64,000 bases of DNA. It comes from an uncultured bacterium (GTDB taxonomy: Bacteria > Armatimonadota > Hebobacteria > CAIYQO01). The DNA lies in assembly GCA_964638715.1 (NCBI GenBank), contig CAZWZF010000008.1, positions 92,109 to 156,108 on the forward strand. Direction: 5' to 3'. The position numbers and the translations under genes were made by a program. The notes under the pieces were generated by a model that saw only the letters and a list, made by a program, of their open reading frames with translations, did not search any database and was not told the DNA's origin. How positions within the stretch are numbered: position 1 is the first letter of the stretch; each line of letters starts with the position of its first letter. This document shows positions 1 to 10,756 of this stretch, piece by piece.

Positions 1-1504
1 CAAAATCGACGCGGGCGGTCGCCGCGTTGGCCGGCACCGTAAGCGGGGCTATGTAGTGATTCCATCCCTCCTTCAACACGAAAGACGCCTTACCCACTCC
101 ATGAACCATAACGTTCACCGAAGTGCCAGCGGGGCCGTTGAACCAACAGGAGAGTTCGGCGTCGCCTTGGGGCAACCCGCCCAAGGCCTGCACCCGGAAC
201 ATGGTTCCCGGTTTGTCGACCGTCAGCGTATGTTTCTCGGGTAGCGCAGCACCGGCAGGCGCCACCCCAGGTTTGGCGTTGACCAGTTCGTATCCGTCCG
301 GGTTGCCATCCTCGTCGAGATCGCGGTCCAGGGACGGAAAGATATTCCCGGTCAAACGCTTGCCTGAGCGATAAAGAATGTCCGCCCAATCCGCGTGCGA
401 TTTCACCGGGATGCTCTTCGCCTTCAACCACGCCAGCAAGGCGTCCATCTTTTCATAGTAAGCCGACCATGCCGCCGGATTCTGCACCACGTGGCTCCCG
501 ATGATCACCACCTTGTTGACCGCCAGTAGACCGGCGATGCGCTTCTTCACCGCCGGAAGATCGGAACCTGGCGTTTCATCATTCACATCCCCCCACTGCA
601 TGGCAAAGGGGGCGTCTCCCTTCAGATCGGGTTCGTTGAACACCCGGGTGACGGCCTCGGGATACACGCCGGCGGATCGGTAGCCGAACTTGTCGCCATA
701 GGAGGACTTCACCGTGGCGCGGGTGAGGTGCGGCCCGTTGCCGGGCGCGGCATAGCTGACCGGATAGCTCAGGCCGTTGCGGTCGCAGACCCGGCGGATA
801 GTCTGCGCGAGCAGCGCCAGCGCCTCAGGCGTCGGCTGGATCTCATGACTCGCCACCCGCTGAACGGGCACGTTGGCGAGTGTCTTCAAGTCAATATTGT
901 CCTCGCTCCAGAGCGACATGAGTGGGTAGACGCCGTTGACGGCCTCCCGACTCATGACGCGGCACAGTACCTTCGATTCCGGGAAATAGAGAAATTCCTG
1001 ATCCTTGAACCAACGCTCTGCCCCCTCCGCCTCCACCAGCTTGAGGCGGTTGCCGGTCACGTTCACCTTCCGGCTTTCGCGTTCGGCCGGCGGCACCGTC
1101 AGCACGTATTTCAAATAGACAACCTTCTGGTTCACGTGATCCACGCCCGGCTGTCCCTGGATCCAGGCGATGTCCTCCTCCATGGCAAATTTCATCCAGA
1201 AATTGTTATGACTCGGGGTGTGATCCATGAGGTCATGTCCGTTTTTCTGAATTTCCCGAAGCGCCTCGATCATCCCTGGTTGACTCTCGGCAGCGAGCAA
1301 GTTCACTGCTGCGCCGAACTTCAGCCCATGCTTGTCAAAGACCGCCGCCCGCTGGCTGAAATATTCGGGGCTGATGCCATTGTCGTCGGTGCGGAAGGTC
1401 ACGCCCCCGGCAATCGGACGGATTTCCGATTCCGCAGCCAACGCACTCGCTCCCGCAAACAAAGCAAGCGCTAGCCCGGCCAGGAGGGACTTCCTTATAT
1501 TCAT
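1..1504 (-). CDS. Secreted hypothetical protein, partial (C-terminal part lies beyond the window start). Contains an H-T-x-x-H motif (GHDLMDHTPSH) reminiscent of polysaccharide deacetylase/NodB-type hydrolases.
   Basis: Hand translation of the reverse complement from ATG at about 1504-1502 gives MNIRKSLLAGLALALFAGASALAAESE..., a clean signal peptide, then a long open frame to position 1. It is absent from the ORF track because no stop falls inside the window. The plus-strand ORFs 728..1474 and 501..683 are GC-rich shadow frames of it. Confidence 0.5.
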   Translation of the reverse strand, partial: MNIRKSLLAGLALALFAGASALAAESEIRPIAGGVTFRTDDNGISPEYFSQRAAVFDKHGLKFGAAVNLLAAESQPGMIEALREIQKNGHDLMDHTPSHNNFWMKFAMEEDIAWIQGQPGVDHVNQKVVYLKYVLTVPPAERESRKVNVTGNRLKLVEAEGAERWFKDQEFLYFPESKVLCRVMSREAVNGVYPLMSLWSEDNIDLKTLANVPVQRVASHEIQPTPEALALLAQTIRRVCDRNGLSYPVSYAAPGNGPHLTRATVKSSYGDKFGYRSAGVYPEAVTRVFNEPDLKGDAPFAMQWGDVNDETPGSDLPAVKKRIAGLLAVNKVVIIGSHVVQNPAAWSAYYEKMDALLAWLKAKSIPVKSHADWADILYRSGKRLTGNIFPSLDRDLDEDGNPDGYELVNAKPGVAPAGAALPEKHTLTVDKPGTMFRVQALGGLPQGDAELSCWFNGPAGTSVNVMVHGVGKASFVLKEGWNHYIAPLTVPANAATARVDF

Positions 1505-1638
1505 AAAACGATTACCGCGCTTTATGCCTTCGGCGCACGTGTGGAGTATTGACATCTGTTCATTCATGGAGCCATCCCCTTAAATGGATTTTTCATCGCA
1601 TGTTTTCTTTTGGTTTATCGTTCATTCCAATTCCCTGT

Positions 1639-4600
1639 TCACTTTCCCTCGGGTCCCAAGGCGTTCACCACACAGCGGAAGCCGGTCGGCGTCCAATCGC
1701 GAACATGCGGTGGCATGATCATGCGGGCGGCGGTTCGGCTGAAGCGCTCGTCGTAGAGACTGCATCCGCCGCGCAGCACTTTGTGACTGCCCTTCTGCGG
1801 GCCGGTCGGATTCTTGTGCGGTGCGGCCTTGTAATAATCGTAATCGTACCAGTCCGCAACCCATTCCCATACATTGCCCGCCATATCGAGCACGCCATAG
1901 GGGCTGGCTCCATTCGGGTAACTGCCCACCGGCCGGAAGCCGCGGTTGAACTTGTAGATCGTCTCCTCCATGCTTACGCACCTGGTCGAATCCCAATTAT
2001 TGCCCCACGGATACTCCCGCCCGTCCGTGCCGCGCGCGGCCTTCTCCCACTGCGCCTCGGTCGGCAAGGCCGCGCCCATGGCCTTGGCATAGGCGTCCGC
2101 CTCGTACCAGTTCATCTGCGCCGCGTAAACACCCTCTTCGCCCTTCGGGTCGGCATGCATGCCCTGGCCCCAAGTCGGCTCGAATGTCTTGCCGGCCTTG
2201 TCGCAGAACGCCTTGTACTGCGCCAGGGTCACCGGAGTCTTGTAGATCCAGTAGCCGTCAAGCTGCACCTTCTTCTGGGGACGCTCGTCACCGGCGCCTT
2301 TACCGGCCGGGCTACCGCGCAGGAACTCACCGGCCGGAACCCAGACCAACGCCGCGCCGTCGAGTTCATTGATGCCGGTAGTCGAGCCGGTCACCTTGAT
2401 CTTGGGCGGCACGAGTTTCGCCTCAGACTTGGTGGACTTATCGGACACCACCGTCGCTACAGCAACGCTCTTGGCCCTCAAAGTCTGCACCGGCAATTCA
2501 ATGGCCGTCGCTCCCTTGGCTGCGGGTGCACCGACCAGCTTCACTTCCAAATATTTCGCATCCACCACTGGCTTAATCTCTATCCCTTCCCAACCGCTGA
2601 CCGGGGTGGTCAACACGACCGCAACGCCATCGCCGCGATCGAGTTGAATCACTATCTCGCCGGCGGCGTTGGTCGCGATGGGCAGCTTCACCGATTCGGC
2701 GTCCGAGACGGCTATCACATCGTCGAATTTCTGATCCATATAGTCGGCGCCGGGCAGACGCTCTCCAACCTTGACGCCCTTGATGCCACCCGGCACGGCA
2801 TACTTGAGATCGAGCACCTTGGCGATGCCGCCGCCTTTGATCGCGACTTTGGCCACGGTCGAATCAGGCAGCGCCATCAGCCACCGCGTCGTGAAGCGGT
2901 TCGGGTTGTCCAGAACGCCGACGTATTTTCGTTCAATCTGCAATCCGGCATCGGTGACGCTTACAGTCCGGCGGAGATGTCGGCTCGTATCAAATCCGTA
3001 AAACGAGGGCGACAAAGTCAGGTCGGTTTCCAGCCGGTCCTTGGACGGGTTTTTAAACTCGCTCCACACCATCGACCAGTCCTTGTCCGCCGCGTGCGGG
3101 AGATCCTTCTCCGCCACATCCACCGGCAGCCAGATCTGCGAACTGATATTCCCCCTGAACTCGTCCCAATACCCGGCCATCCCACCTTGCACCGCCAGCA
3201 GTTCCTTGCCGCTCTTCCTATCCACCGCGCTCGTGATCTGGCCCCTGAGGTCGGGACAGACCGCCGCCGACACCGTCTTGCCCTCCAATTCGACAAGTGG
3301 TCCGCCGTTGTTGGCAACATACCAGGAGATGGTGCGCAGCACGCCGGCCTCGCCTCCGCCGCCCATAAACGCGGCTTGCTTGCCCCGTTCAAGACAACCA
3401 GGCACGCGCGGATCGGCACCGGCGACGAACCAGTTCTTGCCATCGCGCGGGTTCTTGATCGAGCCCCAGGGCTTGCCGCTGTAGGCGGCTGCATTGAGGT
3501 TGACCGCGTCGACGGAACTGCCCCGCGCCGCAATCAGGTTGGCCAGTCGCGTCGGGTCGCCCTCCTTCTCGGCGGCGGCCAGCGCCTTGTCCATGGCCTT
3601 GGTCATCTTAGCCAGAATAAATGGCGGAAACATCTTCACGCGCGTGGTCGTGGTCCACCCGCTCCAGCGCACCGCGCTGGGCAGGTGCCCGCTGTCTTTA
3701 TAAGCTGCCTGCGCGATTTTCAAATATTCCCAGACATGCGGTGCGGCACCTTTGCCGTAGTTGTCTTCCAAGAACTGGCGAATCAGTTTGTCGGCATCCT
3801 GGCTGGGATTCCAGGCCAATTTCATAAAGACCCAGGCGTAGAGGTTCGCCCAGTTGTCACCGCAAAGCTGCACATTCACGGCTGCAATGCCGCATTCCTG
3901 CCAGTATTTCACCATGTCACCCAGGTAAAAGATCGCCGGCCATTCCGGCTGGAACGGCACCCACTGCCAGGTGGTGGTACGACCGGGGGCAAGCTTGGGC
4001 CATTCGCGCAGTGCCCTGGCATAATCGCGATTTGCCGGGTTGTTCGTGATGGGGCCGACTTGGTCGCCAGCCGCATTCTCGCTCATCTCCCCGCAATGCA
4101 CATTAACCCAAAGGTTGGAGTGCGGTTTCAGGTCCCTGGGCGCCGTGATGTTGCCGAAATACGCGCAGGTGATCAGTTGCGCCTGCGGATGGGTGCGACC
4201 GAGGATCTCGAGCGTGCGGTTGAGCACCAAGATCAGAGGCGCGGCCTCGGACTGCTGCTCATAGACCAACTTACGGCAGGCCGGGCAGTGGCATGGCGTG
4301 TAACCATCGCCCATGCGCACCGAGAAGGGCAGCGACCAATCCACCTCGCCCCCGCGGGCCGCGGCGATGCGCGCCTGAATGTCGCGCTCCAAACCTTGGG
4401 CGAGAAAGGTGGGCAGATCGGGATTGGCACCACAGATGCCATAGTTCGGATCCGTCTGGCGTTTGCCGTCCGGGTCCATTGCATACAGATCCGGATGCTC
4501 GGCAAACAGCCCCTTCACCGTCACCTGGCCCGTCCGCTTGTCCTTGATGTCCTGCGGCGGCAGCAGGCCGTACATATTGAGATTCACACCCAGTGCGCCG

Positions 4601-5244
4601 CTGATTGTATCCGCCGGCTGCCCAACCCCGCGATTCTGGAGAATCCACGGATAACTGCCCGGCCAGTAGATGAACCCACGCTGGACAAAGGCCGGCTCCT
4701 GCAAATCGTCGCTCTTGTCGAGCGCCAGCGTCGCCCGCTTGGGCACCAACTCGTAGCCCGACCCGCCGTAGGAGAGACCTTGGGCCTTGTATGTGTAGAA
4801 GCGGCACCCGAGATGATCTTCGAGCAACCCATACACGGCGTAGCACAGACCCAGAGGCATGGCCGCGGTCAAGGTAATGCGATTGCCCGCGATCCTTATG
4901 CGATAGGCCTGTTTGCCCGTCGGCTTGTCACTGGCGCCCAGCACCTTGTCCACCAGTTCCAGGACGATGGCCGGTTTGTCACCCGCCTCCGCCGGCGTCG
5001 CCACCACCGGCAGTTCCGTACCGGTGATCTGCTGGAGATAATGGTTCAGGGTTTCGACAGGCGGTTTGATGAACTTAACTTCCCTGGAACCCGCCATTTC
5101 GGCCGGCACTTTGGTGTTGCCGTTGTGGACGATCACCGCCAGGGCATGTCCCTTCTCTACAATCGTGACCGCCGCGTGCGTTGCACCGCCCATTGCCAAA
5201 AGGAAAAGGAATACAAAAACTGCTTTTCCAATTTTATGCTTCAT
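1639..5244 (-). CDS. Large secreted fusion protein. An N-terminal ~900-aa DUF4838-like glycoside-hydrolase-like domain is joined to a C-terminal FGE-sulfatase (SUMF1/formylglycine-generating-enzyme fold) domain. GC-rich paralog of 37083..40622.
   Basis: N-terminal signal peptide MKHKIGKAVFVFLFLLAMGGATHAAV. C-terminus carries SUMF1-type motifs (GNVWEWVADWY, KVLRGGCSLYDE, GFRCV). Roughly two-thirds amino-acid identity by eye to ORF 37083..40622 along the full length. The opposite-strand ORF 1549..5439 is a low-complexity shadow. Confidence 0.8.
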   Translation of the reverse strand: MKHKIGKAVFVFLFLLAMGGATHAAVTIVEKGHALAVIVHNGNTKVPAEMAGSREVKFIKPPVETLNHYLQQITGTELPVVATPAEAGDKPAIVLELVDKVLGASDKPTGKQAYRIRIAGNRITLTAAMPLGLCYAVYGLLEDHLGCRFYTYKAQGLSYGGSGYELVPKRATLALDKSDDLQEPAFVQRGFIYWPGSYPWILQNRGVGQPADTISGALGVNLNMYGLLPPQDIKDKRTGQVTVKGLFAEHPDLYAMDPDGKRQTDPNYGICGANPDLPTFLAQGLERDIQARIAAARGGEVDWSLPFSVRMGDGYTPCHCPACRKLVYEQQSEAAPLILVLNRTLEILGRTHPQAQLITCAYFGNITAPRDLKPHSNLWVNVHCGEMSENAAGDQVGPITNNPANRDYARALREWPKLAPGRTTTWQWVPFQPEWPAIFYLGDMVKYWQECGIAAVNVQLCGDNWANLYAWVFMKLAWNPSQDADKLIRQFLEDNYGKGAAPHVWEYLKIAQAAYKDSGHLPSAVRWSGWTTTTRVKMFPPFILAKMTKAMDKALAAAEKEGDPTRLANLIAARGSSVDAVNLNAAAYSGKPWGSIKNPRDGKNWFVAGADPRVPGCLERGKQAAFMGGGGEAGVLRTISWYVANNGGPLVELEGKTVSAAVCPDLRGQITSAVDRKSGKELLAVQGGMAGYWDEFRGNISSQIWLPVDVAEKDLPHAADKDWSMVWSEFKNPSKDRLETDLTLSPSFYGFDTSRHLRRTVSVTDAGLQIERKYVGVLDNPNRFTTRWLMALPDSTVAKVAIKGGGIAKVLDLKYAVPGGIKGVKVGERLPGADYMDQKFDDVIAVSDAESVKLPIATNAAGEIVIQLDRGDGVAVVLTTPVSGWEGIEIKPVVDAKYLEVKLVGAPAAKGATAIELPVQTLRAKSVAVATVVSDKSTKSEAKLVPPKIKVTGSTTGINELDGAALVWVPAGEFLRGSPAGKGAGDERPQKKVQLDGYWIYKTPVTLAQYKAFCDKAGKTFEPTWGQGMHADPKGEEGVYAAQMNWYEADAYAKAMGAALPTEAQWEKAARGTDGREYPWGNNWDSTRCVSMEETIYKFNRGFRPVGSYPNGASPYGVLDMAGNVWEWVADWYDYDYYKAAPHKNPTGPQKGSHKVLRGGCSLYDERFSRTAARMIMPPHVRDWTPTGFRCVVNALGPEGK

Positions 5245-5492
5245 TTTCGATTCTCCCTTATTGTTGTTAAATTTTATTTCGCCGCCGCCCCAAACCGCCG
5301 GGTCATCCCATCGGTCATCATAGCGAAGACGCAGACAGACATGCCCAAACTCGGCACACCGAACGGCTTTCCGGTGTCGCAGTTCCTTGGTGAACGTGTC
5401 TCACGCGAGAAACATGGTTTCGGCGCGTCGAGTCCATAGATAAGTTGATTGCGTAACGCGAATGCATTATTTAACATGTTGTTATTTCCTTG

Positions 5493-7277
5493 TCACTTAA
5501 AACAAATTCCGTCGCCGTTCCCCAGGGAATGCCATTGGTCCGCCGTGAAAGGTCCTGGTTCAACGTGGGTTAACCCACCACCGAGTAGGTCCGACTTAAC
5601 ACAGTCAGGTCCATCGCCCTCGTGGTGAAATTGCAGTTGCAGCGTATCGGCGCTAAAAGTGGCCGCCATATTGACCTGCCGCGAGTCCTCATCCAGTCCG
5701 AAGAACGATTGCCAGGTCACGAGCTTCTGGTAATTCCCTGGTTCCGGATAGGCAATGTGGAAGCCGCAATTGTCGTTCGAGGAATCGAAGAGATTGCCAT
5801 TACTGACATTCTGCTCGCGCCGTCCGAATTCGATCCGCCGTGGACACCGGAATACGATGTTATTCAGAACTTGGTTAGCGCGGCACAGGGCGGTGCGCCC
5901 GTTGCTCTTTCGTTTTGCCTGACCGAGTGAGCACAGGATGGCGCCGCCTTCAGGGATCTCGCCAATCAGGTTGTGGGCGATCACGACGCACTCGTTGCAA
6001 TCCGCATGAATGCCCGTGCCTCGGATGTCCCAGATCACATTATGGTCGATCAGGTTCCTTTCGAAGTTCATTTCTGAATAGATAGCAGCTGTGACCGTTT
6101 CGATATTCACAAACACATTGCCGGAAATGCGGTTGTTGACATTGTCCACATCCAGCCAGATCCCGCCGGCATGTTTCAGGTTGCGGAACAGGTTATCACG
6201 GATCAGACAATTCTCCGCAAAATGGAATTTGATGCCGGCGCATTCATACATCCGCTCCAAGTCCAGATAGCCGATGAATTCAATTCTGTTGTTTTCGAAA
6301 AGACTCGACTTCACTCCCCGTGAGCCGGCAATGCCGCACACGCCGCAATTAACAATCTGATTTCGCCGGACGATGTGATATCCCATGCCCTCGGTTTCGG
6401 TGGCATCCCAGCTTTCGGCACCCAGACTGATACCAACGCCGTTTGCGCCGTCAACGGTGCAGTTTTCGATAATCCAGTGATGCCCGCGGCAAGTGCTGAG
6501 GCTACCCCGTTGAGGAATCGGCAGGCCGTCGGCGGCGTTTTGCAGAACCAACCCGGCCACCCGGATGAATCCCAACCCCATTTCGCGTGGTGCAAACGTC
6601 TGCTCGCGCACTGTGATTTCAAGCGGTTCGACCGGTGCCACGTCACCCGGCAGACGAAAGTGAATCCGCAAGCCCGGTTCCTCAACCCAAAATACACCGG
6701 CTTGGCTTGCCAGGTCGCAAGGGAAAGATACTTGCTTAAGCGGTTCGCCACGAAACCAGACACGGCCGCGACGAAGCAATGCGCGTTTCATCCAGTCCGG
6801 ATCCTGTCGATCGCCGAAATGAAACAGGTATTCGTAGGCATTACGGGCAAGGAAGGGATTATACGCGACAAACGCAGTCTCGGGAAGATCTGCCATCCAG
6901 ACCGTCACCTTTCCTTCTATCGCCGGGATATGCCAGCCTGCGCTTGGCTTCGCGGCCGGGAGGAATTCTTCCGTTGCTGTGATCACCACTCGCTCGTTCG
7001 GTGCCGCTTCGAAGGCAATCATACGATCGGGCCCGGTTCCGCCTCGTTGCAGGCACACCGTCTCGTGGTAAACGCCGGCATGAATCATAACTTTCTCACC
7101 AGGCTGCACGACCCGGCTGGCGGCACCAATGGTCTTGAAAGGCGCGTCCACCGTGCCCGAATTCCCATCCGCAGCCGCGTCATTGTCCTGGGCCACATGA
7201 AGGGTGCGAGCGTAAACAGTTTGGTCGTCCCAAAACGGGAAAAGGGTGCCATCAGGCAAACGGTCAAAGAACGTCAT
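5493..7277 (-). CDS. Right-handed parallel beta-helix repeat protein (pectate-lyase-fold; probable polysaccharide lyase/hydrolase). No signal peptide.
   Basis: Repeated Asn/Gly-rich beta-helix rungs (NNRISGNVFVNI, NCGVCGIAG, HNLIGEI, NNIVFRC). Sits in an operon with a heparinase-like gene. Confidence 0.55.
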   Translation of the reverse strand: MTFFDRLPDGTLFPFWDDQTVYARTLHVAQDNDAAADGNSGTVDAPFKTIGAASRVVQPGEKVMIHAGVYHETVCLQRGGTGPDRMIAFEAAPNERVVITATEEFLPAAKPSAGWHIPAIEGKVTVWMADLPETAFVAYNPFLARNAYEYLFHFGDRQDPDWMKRALLRRGRVWFRGEPLKQVSFPCDLASQAGVFWVEEPGLRIHFRLPGDVAPVEPLEITVREQTFAPREMGLGFIRVAGLVLQNAADGLPIPQRGSLSTCRGHHWIIENCTVDGANGVGISLGAESWDATETEGMGYHIVRRNQIVNCGVCGIAGSRGVKSSLFENNRIEFIGYLDLERMYECAGIKFHFAENCLIRDNLFRNLKHAGGIWLDVDNVNNRISGNVFVNIETVTAAIYSEMNFERNLIDHNVIWDIRGTGIHADCNECVVIAHNLIGEIPEGGAILCSLGQAKRKSNGRTALCRANQVLNNIVFRCPRRIEFGRREQNVSNGNLFDSSNDNCGFHIAYPEPGNYQKLVTWQSFFGLDEDSRQVNMAATFSADTLQLQFHHEGDGPDCVKSDLLGGGLTHVEPGPFTADQWHSLGNGDGICFK

Positions 7278-7806
7278 GCAGGTCTCCTTTCTGATTTAAC
7301 CAACGATTGGACGTTGCACGGTACATAGACTTCGTCAGATAAACGGCGGAATGAGGCATCAAACCCTTTTTGCTGGTCGGATACTGCCAGTTAGCGGCCG
7401 TACCTTCTAAAATCAAGCAGGAAAGATCCGTGGGTATCAAGCGGTGGTTGACAATAACGACAGAGTGACCGAACCAGCCGGTATCGACGCCGAACACGGA
7501 AGCCGTCAGCGGGACGGGCTCCGGCTCGGTGGACAGTTGCACGCGCCCAGTGCCCAGTGCCTGCGCGCTGACCTCCAGGATATAGAACGAATAACCGAGT
7601 GTCCCGTCCCATCCTGGTTGCAGGCGCGTCTCGAGCCCGGCCTGATTGACGATCCGCAAGGGCGCGGTCGATTTAAGAACCACCCTCGCCCACCCGGCTG
7701 CATGGAACTCGAACGTCAGGCCGCCGGCATCGTCAGCGGTAAGCACCGCACCATCCAAGCACCATGCCGCGTGGTCGGGTTGCAGGATAAATATCGGCAA
7801 AGTCAT
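7264..7806 (-). CDS. Hypothetical protein, translationally coupled between heparinase-like and beta-helix genes.
   Basis: The track ORF 7264..7863 begins inside the upstream gene. An internal ATG (MTLPIFILQPDH...) at 7806 overlaps the upstream stop as ATGA. No recognisable family. Confidence 0.4.
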   Translation of the reverse strand: MTLPIFILQPDHAAWCLDGAVLTADDAGGLTFEFHAAGWARVVLKSTAPLRIVNQAGLETRLQPGWDGTLGYSFYILEVSAQALGTGRVQLSTEPEPVPLTASVFGVDTGWFGHSVVIVNHRLIPTDLSCLILEGTAANWQYPTSKKGLMPHSAVYLTKSMYRATSNRWLNQKGDLHDVL

Positions 7807-10310
7807 GGTTGCGCCTCCCAGCCGGTGTTGCCATGGAAGAATCGTTCCGTCCGGCCCCGCCACCAGCGGACGCCGGCCCCACCGTCCGCGCTCAGGTCAT
7901 AAGCCAGCATGATTTCGCCTTGTTCGGCGCGGAGGCCGTCCGCAGAGGCTGTGAACTGCCAGCGCCCGGCCGTGGCCCCAGCCGGCAGCAGTTCAAGCAC
8001 CGTCAGCAGCCGGTGACTACGCGCCGGCGCGGTGACCAACCGCACGAGATTCACGGGCCGGTGCTGATCGTCAATGCTGCATTCGGCAGCGTCCACGACG
8101 CTGGGCGTCCAGTTAACGGCGGCCACGCGCAGACTCACGCCGAGGGCGCGAATCCACGCCTCGCGTCCCCGCACTTCCACCGGCTGCGTAGTGTGCAGCC
8201 TGAAGCTCATCTCAAGCAACTGGCCGGCCTCGATCACATCCTCGATCAGGAACAGGGTCGGCGTGGGCGAGCAGATGCGGCGCAGGTTGGTCTCGAACAG
8301 CCCGTCCGGCCATGCTCCGGCGTTGTCGGACGCGAGCAGCACCAGTCCGTCGACCTCTATGCACTCGCCGAGACGCGCGCCGTAGGCGTGTTCGCCCCAC
8401 CCGGGCTGGACGAACGGCACGCCGTCCGCACGGGGTTCGGGATATAGCAGGCTGTGGGCGGCGGCGCAGTGGAGAAAGGCGTTCTCCGCCTCGTGGTAGG
8501 CCAGTATGCCACGGTCAATCACCAGCGGCTTTCCGGCGGCTTCGAGGATGATACTGCCCTTGTCCTCGTGAAAGTGCCCCCCATAGGCCGGACCGCTGCA
8601 CAGATGCAGATGCACCGCGCCCAGCGCGGCATCCTGCCGCACCGAGGCTGCCTGGCCACCCAGAGGAAAGACGGAGAAACGGTGTTCCGTATCCGGTGTT
8701 CGGGATTCAGTGTTGTCCAAGTCCAGGCCGCCGCAGCCTGCCATTGCCAAGCCGAAGTGATCGACACCGGTGCCGAAGCCGCCATGCCCAGGTTCGGCGG
8801 GGGCGGCAAGCTCCGCGGCGAGCAGCCGCTTCCATTCGGGCCGGTCGGTTATCAGGCTGAATACCACCACGGTGTTGGGGGGATACCCAACCTGGTTGTG
8901 GGCGTCGTTGATGCCGAGATAGCAGGTGCCGGCGCCGAGGGTCGAGAGCAGGCTGAGCGCGAAGTCACCCGTACGCCGCAGTTTTTCCGAGGCATAGTCC
9001 TTCAGCGGCCGGCGATGATGACGCGCCAGCACGTAATAGAGCGGCGAGACGTCCAGAAACGTATGCGCCCAGTAGCCGGGCCCTTCGAGGATGACACCGT
9101 CATCGAGGATGTAGGCATCCATCATCTCGTGCAGATCGCGTTCGGCCTCGGCAAGCTGAGATGCGTAGCGCGGATGGCTTGGGATCAGCGCCAGCAGGCC
9201 CAGAATGCGGCCGATGCTGAAGACGATTCCCTGGTTCATGGAACGGATGTATTCCTTCCGTTTGAAGTCGCTCTCGATACGGGGAAAGCCCTTCATGACG
9301 ATCGCGTCCTCGACCACCCGGCGACCGCGCGGGGTGAACCATGCGCCGGCCCAGTCCAGCACCAGCGCGCAGGCCGCCGAATAGTACGTCTCCTGGAACG
9401 AGGCATGATGCCAGGTCGCGCCCGGGTGTACGCCCATCGGGCTTTCGCACCAGTGCGTGCAATGGGCGACGGCAAGCGCCATGCGCGCCGCCATGCGGGA
9501 AAACTCGGGATTCTGGTCGATGAGCCCCATCAAAGCCAGTGGCTCCATCTTGTGATACAAGTAGGGCTTCCAGTTGTCACGCACCCGCGTCCAACGCAGG
9601 TCCGGCGCCGGGACGAGGGTCCCGACCATCTTTTCCGGTTCGAGTTTCATGGACTCCAACGCCTGGCGGCGCAGGGTGTCGGCCAGCGGCTTCAGCGGCC
9701 CGGACAGGCAGCGCACGCGCAACGTTTCCAGTTCGTCCGCGCCGAAGAGGATGCCGAGTGCCGGCGCCGGTTCTGCAGGTTTTGGAACAAGGCAATACGG
9801 CCAATCGAGCGTGAAGGGGCTGGGCCGGGCCTCGAGCCGGGCCTGCGCCGCGCGATTGGCCAGCCCAAGCCAGCGCAAGGCTACGGTTGCCGGCCGCGAT
9901 TCGAGCAACGAGAACTCAAGCGTGAAGGCGTCCAGCCGCGCGCCGGCCAGTGTACCGTCGATCTCCTGCATCCCGCCATCACCGACATGACTGTCAAGAA
10001 TGACGACTGCGCCTCCGTCCACCGTGCCGGTGATGCGCAACCGCACGTAGGGCGGCTGGCAGGCGAAGACGCGGAAGACGTCGTAGCCGGCAATAGCCAG
10101 CGGCGCGCGGCAGACCAGGGTCAGCGCCGCGGCGCCAACCGGCGCACGGTCGATGACCACATCCACACTGGACCAGGCCGGTTCGGCCCGCGCCGCGCAA
10201 CCCGCACCTGACCGGACCTCAAACGTTTCAAGAAGATTGCCATTGTCGAAAAACGGGGCGAAGATGGCTTCAGCTTCATTGATGGGAACAGGAATCATGT
10301 CCAGCATCAT
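7803..10310 (-). CDS. Heparinase II/III-like (alpha/alpha-toroid polysaccharide lyase) family protein.
   Basis: 835 aa. Contains GGHFHEDKGSIIL, resembling the conserved H-x-H-x-D segment of the heparinase II/III C-terminal domain, and an N-terminal toroid-like region rich in W/H. The opposite-strand ORF 8454..10211 is a GC shadow. Confidence 0.5.
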   Translation of the reverse strand: MMLDMIPVPINEAEAIFAPFFDNGNLLETFEVRSGAGCAARAEPAWSSVDVVIDRAPVGAAALTLVCRAPLAIAGYDVFRVFACQPPYVRLRITGTVDGGAVVILDSHVGDGGMQEIDGTLAGARLDAFTLEFSLLESRPATVALRWLGLANRAAQARLEARPSPFTLDWPYCLVPKPAEPAPALGILFGADELETLRVRCLSGPLKPLADTLRRQALESMKLEPEKMVGTLVPAPDLRWTRVRDNWKPYLYHKMEPLALMGLIDQNPEFSRMAARMALAVAHCTHWCESPMGVHPGATWHHASFQETYYSAACALVLDWAGAWFTPRGRRVVEDAIVMKGFPRIESDFKRKEYIRSMNQGIVFSIGRILGLLALIPSHPRYASQLAEAERDLHEMMDAYILDDGVILEGPGYWAHTFLDVSPLYYVLARHHRRPLKDYASEKLRRTGDFALSLLSTLGAGTCYLGINDAHNQVGYPPNTVVVFSLITDRPEWKRLLAAELAAPAEPGHGGFGTGVDHFGLAMAGCGGLDLDNTESRTPDTEHRFSVFPLGGQAASVRQDAALGAVHLHLCSGPAYGGHFHEDKGSIILEAAGKPLVIDRGILAYHEAENAFLHCAAAHSLLYPEPRADGVPFVQPGWGEHAYGARLGECIEVDGLVLLASDNAGAWPDGLFETNLRRICSPTPTLFLIEDVIEAGQLLEMSFRLHTTQPVEVRGREAWIRALGVSLRVAAVNWTPSVVDAAECSIDDQHRPVNLVRLVTAPARSHRLLTVLELLPAGATAGRWQFTASADGLRAEQGEIMLAYDLSADGGAGVRWWRGRTERFFHGNTGWEAQP

Positions 10311-10567
10311 CGTAATCCCCCTATGTGATAGGCCGCCCCGTTCTCCAGATTGAAGATCGGCCCCAGTTCGGCGTGCCGTTCTACCTTCATAACTTTACAG
10401 AGCGGACACGACATATAACACCCGGAGAAACGCACACCATTTTCCGCAAGTCGGTCAAGATTCGGTGTATGCACATCCCGATTGCCAAAAAATCCCATGC
10501 CAGCTTTAGATAATTGGTCTGCAATGATTATTAAAATATTCACATGCTTTCCTTCAAAACATATCAA
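10307..10567 (-). pseudogene. Truncated sulfatase remnant, N-terminal 86 aa only.
   Basis: NILIIIADQL...HTPNLDRLAENGVRFSGCY matches the sulfatase N-terminus. The CxPxR active-site stretch is degenerate (CYMSCPLCKV) and the frame stops. Followed by an AT-rich structured intergenic region. Confidence 0.55.
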
Positions 10568-10569
10568 TA

Positions 10570-10643
10570 GATGATGTTAGTATCACTGATTAAATATGTA
10601 TCAGAAATTCTAAAAGTGATTATTTTGTGAATACTAACATCAT
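10570..10643. repeat. Inverted repeat. ATGATGTTAGTATCAC is paired with GTGAATACTAACATCAT about 40 nt away, giving a potential ~17-bp-stem hairpin, MITE-like or sRNA-like.
   Basis: Read directly in the AT-rich spacer 10568-10826. Confidence 0.4.
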
Positions 10644-10756
10644 TTCATATCAGTCTTGTCCGGTAAATTACTGATATCAATTATACATTATTAACATTCA
10701 TCAATTCCACCAATACGACTTGCGGGACGAGTAACCATCCAAAGAACTGCAACTCT

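Noticed and set aside
1549-5439. 1296-aa plus-strand ORF
   Set aside because: Arg/Ala/Gly-rich low-complexity translation typical of the antisense frame of a GC-rich gene. The minus-strand ORF 1639..5244 has a signal peptide, FGE-domain motifs and a paralog.
6375-7328. 317-aa plus-strand ORF
   Set aside because: Antisense shadow of the beta-helix gene 5493..7277.
8454-10211. 585-aa plus-strand ORF
   Set aside because: Antisense shadow of the heparinase II/III-like gene 7803..10310. No motifs, R/A/G-rich.
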